DNA from: an uncultured Candidatus Rokubacteria bacterium
Lineage (GTDB): Bacteria; Methylomirabilota; Methylomirabilia; Rokubacteriales; CSP1-6
Assembly (NCBI GenBank): GCA_963771355.1
Contig: CAVYTA010000007.1
Location: 608,001 to 672,000 of the forward strand
Direction: 5' to 3'
Length of the DNA: 64,000 bases
The first letter of the stretch is position 1, and the number at the start of each line of letters is the position of its first letter. The notes beneath the pieces are model-generated. The model saw nothing but the letters and a program-made list of their open reading frames with translations, was not told the DNA's origin and did not search any database. This document shows, in pieces, positions 10,102-19,168 of the stretch. Both the position numbers and the translations under genes were made by a program.

Positions 10102-12087
10102 CTACCGGAATATCCCGCGGAACCACTGGAAGATGTCCTTCACCACCGGGGCATCCGCGAAGAGCTCGCGCTCACAGGGCGGCGGCTCGCTGCCCTGTCG
10201 GAAGGCCTCGTTGATCGCCCCGTCGCTCCCGCACGCGCGGCGACCGGTGCCCGACTCCACCGACGCCATGACGATACCGGGCGGCGTGGTGAATGGGCGG
10301 GGTGGGGCCCGGCGCACGGCGGCCTGCATCACGGTGGCCCAGATGGGAAGCGCGATGTCCGAGCCCGTCATCCCGATGGATCGGCCGTCGTCGGCGCCCA
10401 CCCAGACGCCCACCACCAGGTCCGGCGTGTACCCGATGAACCAGGCATCGCGCAACCCGTCCGTGGTTCCGGTCTTGCCCGCCGTCACTTCCTGAAGCCC
10501 CCAGCGTGCGCTCGATCCGCCCGTGCCACGCCGCATCACTCCGCGGAGCATATGGGTCACGATGAACGCCGATTCCGCGGACACCGCGCGATCGGGGCGC
10601 GGCTGTTCGCGCAGCGTCGCCTGCGGACCCGCGTCATCGAGTGTGGTCGGCCGCACCCGGAGGCCACCGTTGGCCAGGGTCGCGAAGGCGGTGGTCATCT
10701 CCAGAAGGGTGACCTCGGACGTCCCCAGCGCCAGAGAGGGCACCGCGGCGAGCCGGCTCTCGATGCCCATGGCCCCCGCCACCTGCACGACCTGCCGCAT
10801 GCCGACCGCTTGCCCGACCAGCGCCGCCGGCACGTTGAGCGAGTCCTCGAGGGCGCGGCGTATGGTCACCGGGCCGCGGAACTGTCCGTCGATGTTGTGG
10901 GGCGACCAATCGCCCCCGACGGCGGGAATGACGATGGGCTCATCGGAGACCACGCTGGCGGCCGTGAGGCGGTCGCCCCGTGACTCGAAGGCGGCCAGAT
11001 AGACGAGGGGCTTGAACAGCGAGCCCGGCTGGCGCCGCGCCTTCACCGCGTGGTTGAACTCGCTCGTCGTGTAGTGCCGCCCGCCCACCAGGGTGCGGAC
11101 CCGGCCGGTGCCCGGCTCCATCGCGATCACCGCCGCCTGGAGCGTCCCCGAGCGCAGACCCTTCCGGGAGCGCTCGGCCCTCGCCAGCTGATCGCGGACC
11201 GCCGCCTCCGCGATCTCCTGGAGCGAGCGATCGAGGCTGGTGGTGAGGCGCCCGCCCGGCACGCCGCCGACCAGCCGGCGGGCGGTCTCCTCGCGCGCCA
11301 GCTCGATGAACCAGGGCGCGCGCGACGGCGGCGCGGTGGGCGGGCGGAGCGGGCGCGCCATCGCGAGCTTTGCGTCAGGCTCCGTGGCAACGCCCTGCGC
11401 CACCATGGCGTCGAGCACGCGGTCGCGGCGGACGCGAACGAGGGTGGGTTCGTCCGAGTACACCCGATTCGGGGCCCGAATGGCCGCGGCCAGCAGCGCA
11501 GCCTCGTCGAGCCGGAGGGCGGAGATGTCCTTGCCCAGGAGGTGGCGTGCGCCCGCCGCCACGCCCAGCACGGCGGCGTCGCGCTCCTGCCCCAGATAGA
11601 CGGTATTGAGGTACGTCTCGAGGATGCGCTCCTTGCTATAGCGCATCTCCAGCAGCAGGGCGATCGCGACTTCCCGCACCTTTCGGGTCCAGGTGCGCTC
11701 CCGGGTCAGGAAGAGACCACGGGCGAGCTGCTGGGTGATGGTGCTCGCTCCCCGGACCACCTCCCCGCCGCGCGCATTGTGAACGGCGGCCCGCGAGACA
11801 GCGAGGAGATCCACGCCGAGGTGGTTCATGAAGCGGCGGTCCTCCGCCGCGATCACCGCGCCGACCACGACGGGCGGCATCTGGTCGAGCGGGAGCCAGA
11901 TCTGATAGCGGCCGTTCAACCCATGAAAGGTGGCGATCTCACGGCCCTGCGCGTCCAGGTACACGACGGGCAGGCTCGCTTCGCTCCCGTCGGGGAGGGG
12001 GTAGGACCACCAGCCCCACGCCAGGACGAACACCGCGACACTGGCCACGACCGCGAGAGAGAGAAGCGCGACGTATCGAATTCGCAC
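10102..12087 (-). CDS. Class A penicillin-binding protein (transglycosylase/transpeptidase)
   Basis: EDRRF, GASTITQQL, RKVRE, YLNTVYLG; SLFK (SxxK), SLN, KTGT. Confidence 0.93.
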   Translation of the reverse strand: MRIRYVALLSLAVVASVAVFVLAWGWWSYPLPDGSEASLPVVYLDAQGREIATFHGLNGRYQIWLPLDQMPPVVVGAVIAAEDRRFMNHLGVDLLAVSRAAVHNARGGEVVRGASTITQQLARGLFLTRERTWTRKVREVAIALLLEMRYSKERILETYLNTVYLGQERDAAVLGVAAGARHLLGKDISALRLDEAALLAAAIRAPNRVYSDEPTLVRVRRDRVLDAMVAQGVATEPDAKLAMARPLRPPTAPPSRAPWFIELAREETARRLVGGVPGGRLTTSLDRSLQEIAEAAVRDQLARAERSRKGLRSGTLQAAVIAMEPGTGRVRTLVGGRHYTTSEFNHAVKARRQPGSLFKPLVYLAAFESRGDRLTAASVVSDEPIVIPAVGGDWSPHNIDGQFRGPVTIRRALEDSLNVPAALVGQAVGMRQVVQVAGAMGIESRLAAVPSLALGTSEVTLLEMTTAFATLANGGLRVRPTTLDDAGPQATLREQPRPDRAVSAESAFIVTHMLRGVMRRGTGGSSARWGLQEVTAGKTGTTDGLRDAWFIGYTPDLVVGVWVGADDGRSIGMTGSDIALPIWATVMQAAVRRAPPRPFTTPPGIVMASVESGTGRRACGSDGAINEAFRQGSEPPPCERELFADAPVVKDIFQWFRGIFR

Positions 12088-12100
12088 GAGCTAGGACAGG

Positions 12101-12115
12101 GCAAGACTGGTGCCG
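12101..12115 (-). promoter_or_regulatory. sigma54 -24/-12 promoter for the PBP gene
   Basis: Minus strand CGGCACCAGTCTTGC, 13 nt before GTG start. Confidence 0.72.
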
Positions 12116-12199
12116 AGAGTCGCGTGACGCCAAGTATGGGAAAGATCAAGCCTCGGCATCGTAACCGGCGCAGTGGCCCTCACGAGAGAGTAAGAGATT

Positions 12200-12217
12200 C
12201 CCGGTAGCCCTTACCAG
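12200..12217. promoter_or_regulatory. Candidate enhancer (UAS) GGTA-N5-TACC
   Basis: CCCGGTAGCCCTTACCAG, 14/18 identical to the 16379/20385 element, between divergent sigma54 motifs. Confidence 0.55.
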
Positions 12218-12288
12218 GCTTCCCTGGCCCTCACGCGTGCGGAGGCATGTTTCGCCAGCACGACGCGAGCTTGCGGCCGGCCGCCGAT

Positions 12289-12304
12289 GGGCGTGCCTCT
12301 TGCA
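12289..12304 (+). promoter_or_regulatory. sigma54 -24/-12 promoter-like motif
   Basis: GGGCGTGCCTCTTGCA (GG-N10-GC, perfect TTGCA). Confidence 0.55.
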
Positions 12305-12317
12305 GACATCTGGGGGC

Positions 12318-12470
12318 ATGAGCGCCTTAGAGCGTCGACCGCCACCGCCTCCACAGCCGCCGCCGCCCCCGGGACCCCCCGAGCCGCCGCCACCTCCGTC
12401 GCCTCCCCCGCCGCCGGTGGTCGAATACTTCAGCCCCGCCGGGATCTGCGTGGCCAGTACCTGGCGGTGA
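12318..12470 (+). CDS. Putative 50-aa proline-rich small protein
   Basis: MSALERRPPPPPQPPPPPGPPEPPPPPSPPPPPVVEYFSPAGICVASTWR; ATG about 3 nt after the predicted sigma54 TSS. Confidence 0.4.
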   Translation: MSALERRPPPPPQPPPPPGPPEPPPPPSPPPPPVVEYFSPAGICVASTWR

Positions 12471-12699
12471 GTCGCGGCGCCAGAATCCACGCCGCGCCCG
12501 CCAGCAGCAGCGCGAGCGCGAATCCCCCCGTCTGACGAGCGGGAAGCCAGGTCCAGCCCGCGAGGGCGTGCCGGCGACGATCGAGCTCGGCCACCAGATC
12601 GTCGAGCCGCTCCCGGACCCCCGAGATCTCCTCTCCGAGTGCGCTGACGCGGTCCCCGGCGCCGTTGGCTTCCACTACGCGAGTCGTTCCTTCGCCCAT
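12430..12699 (-). CDS. Small coiled-coil/TM protein (DUF3618-like partner of holin-family genes)
   Basis: EEISGVRERLDDLVAELDRRRH + TM segment; overlaps upstream holin-like gene end. Confidence 0.6.
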   Translation of the reverse strand: MGEGTTRVVEANGAGDRVSALGEEISGVRERLDDLVAELDRRRHALAGWTWLPARQTGGFALALLLAGAAWILAPRLTARYWPRRSRRG

Positions 12700-14141
12700 T
12701 GCAGGTCCTCCTTGACGGTCTTGCGCGTGAGATCCAGCGGTGCCTGCACGCGGCGGCTCCAGGCCACCGCCCCCAGGACGGCGGCCACGACCAGCAGCAG
12801 CCCGCCCAGGGCCAGCGCGGCGACCCAGGCCGGCAGCCAGGCGGCCAGCGCGAGGACGGCGGCCATCAGCAGCAGATTGAGCGCGAGCAGGGCCAGAAGC
12901 GCCGCGGCGCCGAACAGCTTGACCATGCCGAGCGCGGCGTGGAAATCCTCGTCGAGCTCGGCGCGCGCCAGCTCTACCTCTTTATGGATGAGGACGGAGC
13001 TGAGGCCGACGATGCGGCGCATGAGCGCCACCGTGGAGAGCGCCCGCGGATTGTCCGCCGGCGCCGTGGTCACCGGGGTGGGGGCCATCGAAGGTGCCAT
13101 GATGTTGTCCTTTCCGAGTAGACGCGCCTCCAGCAGCTGCGGCCGGCCGGCCAGCGCCCGGTCGAGCTGCAGTATCTGCCGATAGACGACCTGCCACTCA
13201 TCGAACGGGAGCGGCCGCTCTGCCATCTCGGCCGTGATCGCATCGAGCCGTGAGCGGAGCGCCCAGGCATTGCGGTGCGCCTCCGGATCTCGCCGGTAGG
13301 CCGCCCACACTCGCTGGATCTGGCGCTCGATGTCCTGCGCCTCCGCGGTGACGGACTGGAACATGTCGGGCCGCCCGCTGAGCGCCTCCACCACCAGCAC
13401 GTGGACGCGCGCGGATGCCTCGACGGGGCCCCGCAGCAGCAGCGCGTTCGGATACAGCGCCAGCTCGAGCTCGCCGGCACGGAAATAGGCGGACTCGGCG
13501 GTGAGGAGGCCGGAGAGCGCGCTGCCCCCGATGCGCGTGAGGATGCGCGTGGGCAGCGCGCTCCACCAGGGCGGGCTCAGGGCCACCACGGAGATGCCAT
13601 GGCGGCGCAGCGTCTCGGCGACCAGCGCCGCCGCGGCGGGGTACGACTCGGACGTGGTCACCAGCGGCACGTGGACGTCCCGGTGTCCACGGAGCGCCGA
13701 GGCCACGCGCAGGACGGGGACGGTGACCAGGAGGACGAGAAAGGCCAGGGCCAGCCCTGCGGTGATGGGGAATCCGCGCAGGATGCTTTGGAAGAGACCC
13801 GGGCGCATTGCCCCTTTCTCCGCGGGCGGCGGTCGCAGCCCGACGCCAATCGAGATCGGGACGGCTAGCGCCAGCGCGATCCAGCCCAGGCGGACGAGCC
13901 ACGCGGGTAGAGCGTCCGGCAGCGGCACGAAGGCGAGGAAGAAGGCCGCGGCCTTGGGCGCCGCCACGCCGATCAAGAGCAGCGGCCAGGCGGCGGCCGA
14001 CGCCACCAGTCCCGACAGGAGCATCCGGCGTCGTCCGCTCACGCGGCCGAAGAGCGCCACCACCGCCCAGTCGAACAGAGCGGTGAGGATCTTCCCCACC
14101 GACCGGCTGATGAGGCTGAGGATGGCCTGGATCAGCGCCAT
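12675..14141 (-). CDS. Membrane protein with C-terminal phage-holin-family (YqjE-like) domain
   Basis: MALIQAILSLIS.. multi-TM N-terminus; C-terminus LIHKEVELARAEL..AWVAALALG..TVKEDLQWAKERLA; internal SD+ATG at 13100. Confidence 0.72.
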   Translation of the reverse strand: MALIQAILSLISRSVGKILTALFDWAVVALFGRVSGRRRMLLSGLVASAAAWPLLLIGVAAPKAAAFFLAFVPLPDALPAWLVRLGWIALALAVPISIGVGLRPPPAEKGAMRPGLFQSILRGFPITAGLALAFLVLLVTVPVLRVASALRGHRDVHVPLVTTSESYPAAAALVAETLRRHGISVVALSPPWWSALPTRILTRIGGSALSGLLTAESAYFRAGELELALYPNALLLRGPVEASARVHVLVVEALSGRPDMFQSVTAEAQDIERQIQRVWAAYRRDPEAHRNAWALRSRLDAITAEMAERPLPFDEWQVVYRQILQLDRALAGRPQLLEARLLGKDNIMAPSMAPTPVTTAPADNPRALSTVALMRRIVGLSSVLIHKEVELARAELDEDFHAALGMVKLFGAAALLALLALNLLLMAAVLALAAWLPAWVAALALGGLLLVVAAVLGAVAWSRRVQAPLDLTRKTVKEDLQWAKERLA

Positions 14142-14151
14142 GCGGGGCCCG

Positions 14152-15168
14152 TCAGGACTTCTTGCGCCGTCGCCGCGCCTCCCCGCGCCGCTTGCCGCGC
14201 GGGGCGCGGAGCGTCCGGAGCTGGGGGAGAATCTCCTCGGCGTAGAACTCGAAGAAGGCCTTCTGCTCCCGGCCGACCTGATGTACGCAGATGTGGTCGT
14301 AGCCCGCGTCGGCGTACTTGCGAATGGCGGCCAGATGCCGCGCGGGATCCGGTCCGCAGGTGATGGACTCCGCCACCTGCTCCTCGGTGACGAGCTCCGC
14401 CACCGACTCGAAGTGGGCGGGCAGCGGAAGCTCCCACGAGAGGTTACTTTCCATGGCGGAGGTGGGCCACTGCTCACGCGCGGTCCGGCGAGCGGTGGCC
14501 TCGTCCTTGGCATAGCAGACGGTCAGCTCCGCGTACCTTGGCTTGCCGGCCCCGCCCGCCTCGTCGAAGGCGGTCAGGAGCGAGGGATCCGGATCGGTGC
14601 CGATGACCCCGTCACCCAGACGGCCGGCCTGCTCGGCGCTGCGCGGGCCGCCCGCCGCCACGAAGAGTGGTGGCAGTACGTCGGGCAGCGTGTAGAGACG
14701 CGCGTTTTCCACCGTGAAGTAACGTCCGTGATGGCTCTGATTGCCCCCCTCCCAGAGCTGGCGGATCACTCCGATGGCTTCCTCCAGCCGCTCCTGCCGT
14801 ACCTCGGTCTCCGGCCATCCCTGCCCCACCACGTGCTCGTTCAGGTTCTCGCCCGTTCCCACGCCGAGGAAGAATCTCCCCGGCATGAGGGCCGCCGCGG
14901 TCGCGGCGGCCTGCGCGACGATGGCCGGATGCAGGCGCGTGGTGGGACAGGTAACCGCGGTACCGAGGGTCAGGCGCTGGGTCGCGTGGGCGATGGCGCC
15001 GATGACGCCCCACACGAAGGGACTCTGACCCTGCTTGTCGATCCAGGGGTGATAGTGGTCGGAGATGAGCGCGAAGCCGAAGCCCGAGTCCTGCGCCATC
15101 TGCGCATAGCGGACCAGGTCCAGCGGCGACTGCTCCTCGCTCGAGAGCTTGTAGCCGAGACTCAGCAT
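14152..15168 (-). CDS. F420-dependent LLM-class oxidoreductase (G6PDH-like family)
   Basis: GYKLSSEE, ISDHYHPW, GTAVTCP, GVGTGENLNEH. Confidence 0.88.
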   Translation of the reverse strand: MLSLGYKLSSEEQSPLDLVRYAQMAQDSGFGFALISDHYHPWIDKQGQSPFVWGVIGAIAHATQRLTLGTAVTCPTTRLHPAIVAQAAATAAALMPGRFFLGVGTGENLNEHVVGQGWPETEVRQERLEEAIGVIRQLWEGGNQSHHGRYFTVENARLYTLPDVLPPLFVAAGGPRSAEQAGRLGDGVIGTDPDPSLLTAFDEAGGAGKPRYAELTVCYAKDEATARRTAREQWPTSAMESNLSWELPLPAHFESVAELVTEEQVAESITCGPDPARHLAAIRKYADAGYDHICVHQVGREQKAFFEFYAEEILPQLRTLRAPRGKRRGEARRRRKKS

Positions 15169-15172
15169 GCTG

Positions 15173-15862
15173 CTAGCCGCCATTGCGCCGAAGGGCTGCG
15201 ATGCGATCGTCGGTGGCGGGATGGGTCGAGAAGAAGCCGCCCTCGCTTCCGCCCTCGGTCTGGAGCAGCCAGGTCAGCGTCTCTTCCATCACCTTCGGGG
15301 AATGCCCGGCGCGCTTGAGGAGCTCCGCCCCGTGCGCGTCGGCCTGGTACTCCTCCTGGCGGCCGTACGCCCGGGAGATGAGGGTGCCCGCCACCGGGGC
15401 GAGCTGACCGCTGCCCGGAATGATCTGATCGAGAATCACCATGCCGATGGCGACGCCCGTCTGCACGCGCTGCTGCTTGGCCACGTGGCGCAGGTCGTCA
15501 TGGGCCACCTCGTGGGCGAGGACGCCGGCCAGGTGCTGGTCATTGGCCTTGCGCAGGAGGCCGGTGGTGACGAGGAACTGCCCGTCGCCGGCGCTGCCCG
15601 CGTTGACGCGATCGTCGTCTACGATGGCGACCTTCACTTGATTCAGGGGCCGCTTGTTGTCGGCAGCCTGAAGGAGAGGCAGCATCACCCGCTTCAGCCG
15701 CTCGGCCTGGGCGGGATCGATGCGCGCGGTGGAGGACCGCGGCGCGCTCGCGGTGGGATTCCCGCCGCTCGACGACGACGGCGGGGCGGGGCTGGACACT
15801 GGCGCCGCGCAGGCGGCGGCGAGGGAGAACGCGGCGAGGAGCGCAGTGAGGGTGGTTTTCAT
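15173..15862 (-). CDS. M48-family Zn metalloprotease, probable lipoprotein
   Basis: LAAAC lipobox-like; VLAHEVAH; EYQAD; FSTHP. Confidence 0.85.
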   Translation of the reverse strand: MKTTLTALLAAFSLAAACAAPVSSPAPPSSSSGGNPTASAPRSSTARIDPAQAERLKRVMLPLLQAADNKRPLNQVKVAIVDDDRVNAGSAGDGQFLVTTGLLRKANDQHLAGVLAHEVAHDDLRHVAKQQRVQTGVAIGMVILDQIIPGSGQLAPVAGTLISRAYGRQEEYQADAHGAELLKRAGHSPKVMEETLTWLLQTEGGSEGGFFSTHPATDDRIAALRRNGG

Positions 15863-15867
15863 GGCGG

Positions 15868-16194
15868 CTACCCGCTCGTCTTCACGGAGAGATTGTTGAC
15901 CACCGCATTCACACCCTTCACGCTCCAGGCGATGTTCGAGGCGCGCTGCTTCATCTCCTGGCTGTCGACGAGCCCGTTGAGATAGACGGTCCGATGATTC
16001 GTGTCGACATCTACCTTGGTGAGGGTCGACACCTTCTCGGCGGCAAGCTTGGCCTTGACCTGGGTGGTGATGGTGGCGTCGTCGACGCTCTCCCCGGCGG
16101 TCTTGGCCACGCCGGAGGAGCAAGCGGCCAGGACCAGCATCGCCAGCAAAGCGACGGACAGCAGTCTCAGATCTCTCAGACGTAGCATGGCCAT
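15868..16194 (-). CDS. BON domain lipoprotein (OsmY-like)
   Basis: LAAC lipobox; DDATITTQVKAKL..VKGVNAVVNNL; SD AGGAG. Confidence 0.88.
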   Translation of the reverse strand: MAMLRLRDLRLLSVALLAMLVLAACSSGVAKTAGESVDDATITTQVKAKLAAEKVSTLTKVDVDTNHRTVYLNGLVDSQEMKQRASNIAWSVKGVNAVVNNLSVKTSG

Positions 16195-16257
16195 TTTCTC
16201 CTTTTCTTCGTCTCGTTCTTCTGGAGCGTGACTTGAGGCGCTATGGCCACTCTCCGG

Positions 16258-16272
16258 GCAAGTGATGTGCCA
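16258..16272 (-). promoter_or_regulatory. sigma54 -24/-12 promoter
   Basis: Minus strand TGGCACATCACTTGC (consensus). Confidence 0.85.
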
Positions 16273-16378
16273 GACCGGCCCGCGAGCGAGGGACCGGCGA
16301 AGCGAGCGGAATCGTTGCCGCCGCGCAGTCGGATGGAGGCGAACTTCGTTACATAGCAGCGGGGAAAAGCGTTCTTCG

Positions 16379-16396
16379 GCCGGTAGTCCTGACCCG
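16379..16396. promoter_or_regulatory. Candidate enhancer (UAS), copy 1
   Basis: GCCGGTAGTCCTGACCCG, identical to 20385-20402, about 105 bp from each of two divergent sigma54 promoters. Confidence 0.65.
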
Positions 16397-16498
16397 GCTT
16401 CCTTTGGCAGTGCGCTCCGCTGGACCAGCAACTGCACATCGCCCGCCTTATCCGGGCGCTCCGGGCGACACCCCAGACCAATAGGGAGGGCAACTCGC

Positions 16499-16513
16499 TG
16501 GCACTGTGATTGC
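16499..16513 (+). promoter_or_regulatory. sigma54 -24/-12 promoter
   Basis: TGGCACTGTGATTGC (consensus). Confidence 0.85.
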
Positions 16514-16561
16514 GTGCTCCGGAACCCGTGCGCACCGCTTAGAAAAAGGGAGATCAAGGTC

Positions 16562-16884
16562 ATGGACAGGAAGAAGAGGGAGTCGAAGCAGACAGACGAC
16601 GACCAGTCGCGCGAACCTGGCCGTCATCCCCAGGCGCCAGAGCCCGAGCACCGGCACCCGGATTCGAATCGTCCTGACACGCTCCGACCGGGCCCCGGTC
16701 AGCGAGAGTCGGCCGCTGAGCGAGAGTCGAAGCAAGGGGCGCGTCAGGGCGACGAGAGCCAGGTGGCGAGCGCGGAGCTGGACGACGAAGACGACGAGGA
16801 CGATAGACGACGAGAGACGACGATGACGATGACGACAGCGACGACGTGGACACCGACGACGAGGTAAGGGCGGCTCGGCCGTGA
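16562..16884 (+). CDS. Highly charged, acidic disordered protein (hydrophilin-like); apparent frameshift at about 16805-16815
   Basis: MDRKKRESKQTDDDQ..DDEDDEDD; the GAC/GAT run continues in another frame as DDDDDDDSDDVDTDDEVRAARP*. Confidence 0.6.
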
Positions 16885-16895
16885 GGAGGAAAGTC

Positions 16896-17261
16896 ATGAA
16901 GACCTGGCCGAGTCGAGCATTTCGCGCGATGGGACTGGGAGTCGTCCTTGGGGCGGCGGCGTTCATGGGGCTGGGACCCCTGGCGCCGCCGCCGGCCTGG
17001 GCCGAGCCGGAAGTGGCGATCATCGAAACCCGCGCTGCTCTCGAGGATGAGTCCAGCGACGGCGTCAATGCGGCACTCAGAAAGGCGCTGGAGAAGGCGA
17101 TCCGGGGTGCCGCCGCCATGGGGCTTGGCCAGGTGCGGATCAACAGCGCCTATCGGGGGCCGAGCTTCGTCGTGATCCAGATCCTCGCGACCACCGAGAC
17201 GGAGGGCGAGACGAGCGCGGGGCCCCGGGTCGGCGAGGCCACGCCGGGCAACCGGTTCTAG
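16896..17261 (+). CDS. Hypothetical secreted protein
   Basis: SD GAGGAGG; signal peptide ending AWA-E. Confidence 0.7.
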   Translation: MKTWPSRAFRAMGLGVVLGAAAFMGLGPLAPPPAWAEPEVAIIETRAALEDESSDGVNAALRKALEKAIRGAAAMGLGQVRINSAYRGPSFVVIQILATTETEGETSAGPRVGEATPGNRF

Positions 17262-17296
17262 CAAGTATCGCGAACGGTATCACCGGGGCTGAGGGA

Positions 17297-19168
17297 TCAG
17301 CGTGCCTCCTCCGGTACGGAGGACAGCTCGGGCCAGGAGGAGCGAGACTCCGCCGCGGCGGGGTCCTCCGGGCGGGCGGCGAGCCGCAGGGCCGCCGCAC
17401 GGGCCTTGATGAGCGACGTGACGAACGCGTCGGCTCCCGCGGCGCGGAGCGCGCGACGCCTCGCGGCAGTTCGCGCGACGCCGCACTGATAGACGAGGAT
17501 GGGTGTGTCCGGCGCCGCCTCGCGCAGCCGCTTCACGAGGTGGCGCAGGCGGCGGCCGCCGCCAGGACCGACGGCGCCGACGCAGACGAGGGCGGCGCCC
17601 GCTGCCTGGAGCGCGCCGACTGTCTCCACCGAAGGCGGACCCGGGGGAACGACGTGCACGAGGAAGCCGGCGGGGGTGAGCAGTCGTCCCAGCATGGCCA
17701 GCGCCGTCTCGTCCACCGCGTCACGAAGCGGCACCGCGGCCACCACCGTGGCGGCCGTCATCGAATCCGGCGCGCCCGCGGGCGCGGCCGGCGCATCGGC
17801 GGGCTCATACTCCACCAGCTTCCGGGTGACCTCCACGATACGCGCGTACTCCGCGCGCGAGAGCTGGCGCGCGAGCCGGTCGCGACGGGCGCGCGCGAGG
17901 GCGGGCAAGACCAGAGTGTCGAAGGCCGTCTCCAGGGAGGATGCCTTCACCGCCTCTGTCATCAGATCCGCCGCCTCGTTCTCGTCCCCGGCCAGCAGCC
18001 GCTGATAGAGGGTGACCGACGGCTTCACGCCTGAGTCGTCGCTCAGCAGGATCCCGATGAACTCGAGCCCGTCGACCGTCCGCGCGAAGACGACGAGGAG
18101 CACGGTCAAGGGCGTGGAGAGAACCAACCCAATTGGTCCCCACAGCCAGGTCCAGAAGGCGGCGCCGACCAGGAGCGCGAGCGCGGACACCCCGGCGCTC
18201 CAGCTGAAGAGCAGTGGCTCGAGCACGAAGGCCACGGTCACCTCGGTGACGATGAAGAGCCCCATGATGAGCAGCGGCCTGGTCCAGCCGTCGAAGACGG
18301 CCAGGCTCAGCATGATGGGAAGGAGCGCGGCCACCCACGCGCCGACGTAGGGGATGAAGCGCAGCATGCCCGCGAAGAAGCCGAGGGCAAGCGCGAAGGG
18401 CACGCCGAGGAGGTAGAGGCCCACGCCGATAGCGAGGCCGAAGCTTCCGTTGATGAGGGATTGCATGAGGAGGTAGCGGCTGATCCGATTGCCCGCCTCG
18501 TCGAGGAGCCGCGTGGTCGTCGCCAGATGGTGATGGCCGAAGAGTCGCACCACGCGCGCCCGGAGCTCTCGCTGCTGGATGAGGACGAAGAAGAGGAGAA
18601 CGATGACCAGGGTCGCCGAGCCGAGCGCCTCGAGCAGGTTCGGGATCGACCACAGCGCAGGCGAGGAGACCACCACCGGCACCGGCTTCTCGGCGCCGGG
18701 ATCGGGGGGGGTGCTTTTCTCGATTTGCTTCATGACGTCCTTGGCGGTGGCTTCCATCTTCTCCAGCGTCCCGCCGCGCCGCGCCTGCTGGATGTCCGAG
18801 ATCTTGCGGGTGATGGTCACCCGGTACTTCGGCAGCTCATTGGCGAGCGTGGCGATCTGAGCGGTGAGGGCCCAGCCCAGCGCGGCCGCGACGAGGAGGG
18901 CGAACAGGCCGACGGTCACCGCCGCCGGCACCCGCGGTAGGCCCCAACGCCGCAGGAGGTTCACCAGCGGAGTGAGGAGAAAGGCGAGCAGCAGCGCCAG
19001 CGCGACGGGGATCGCGACCACGCGCGCCCAGTAGAGACAGGCCACCGTCAGGACCATCCCGGCCAGGACGACGAAGCGCCGGCTGACGGCGGGGGTGGAG
19101 CGCGGGTGCCGCGGTGGCCGTCCGGCGCGCGGGCGCGCCGGCCCCCCCGCGGCACCCGCCCGGCTCAC
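17297..19168 (-). CDS. AI-2E family transporter with C-terminal cytoplasmic extension
   Basis: IPVALALLLAFLLTP, ISRYLLMQSLIN, LRFIPYVG, WTWLWGPIGLVLSTPLT, YQRLLAGD. Confidence 0.88.
   Translation of the reverse strand: MSRAGAAGGPARPRAGRPPRHPRSTPAVSRRFVVLAGMVLTVACLYWARVVAIPVALALLLAFLLTPLVNLLRRWGLPRVPAAVTVGLFALLVAAALGWALTAQIATLANELPKYRVTITRKISDIQQARRGGTLEKMEATAKDVMKQIEKSTPPDPGAEKPVPVVVSSPALWSIPNLLEALGSATLVIVLLFFVLIQQRELRARVVRLFGHHHLATTTRLLDEAGNRISRYLLMQSLINGSFGLAIGVGLYLLGVPFALALGFFAGMLRFIPYVGAWVAALLPIMLSLAVFDGWTRPLLIMGLFIVTEVTVAFVLEPLLFSWSAGVSALALLVGAAFWTWLWGPIGLVLSTPLTVLLVVFARTVDGLEFIGILLSDDSGVKPSVTLYQRLLAGDENEAADLMTEAVKASSLETAFDTLVLPALARARRDRLARQLSRAEYARIVEVTRKLVEYEPADAPAAPAGAPDSMTAATVVAAVPLRDAVDETALAMLGRLLTPAGFLVHVVPPGPPSVETVGALQAAGAALVCVGAVGPGGGRRLRHLVKRLREAAPDTPILVYQCGVARTAARRRALRAAGADAFVTSLIKARAAALRLAARPEDPAAAESRSSWPELSSVPEEAR

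Noticed and set aside
12244..12257. Minus-strand TGGCGAAACATGC as a sigma54 promoter
   Set aside because: GG-GC spacing is 8 nt, not the required 10.
12146..12490. Gly-rich minus-strand ORF
   Set aside because: No SD or promoter, overlaps the upstream gene out of frame; the plus-strand Pro-rich reading has promoter support.
12675..13100. Holin as evidence of a prophage
   Set aside because: YqjE-like family common in stress loci; no other phage genes nearby.
16781..16865. GACGAC repeats as CRISPR or satellite
   Set aside because: Explained as an Asp/Glu codon run; no repeat-spacer structure.
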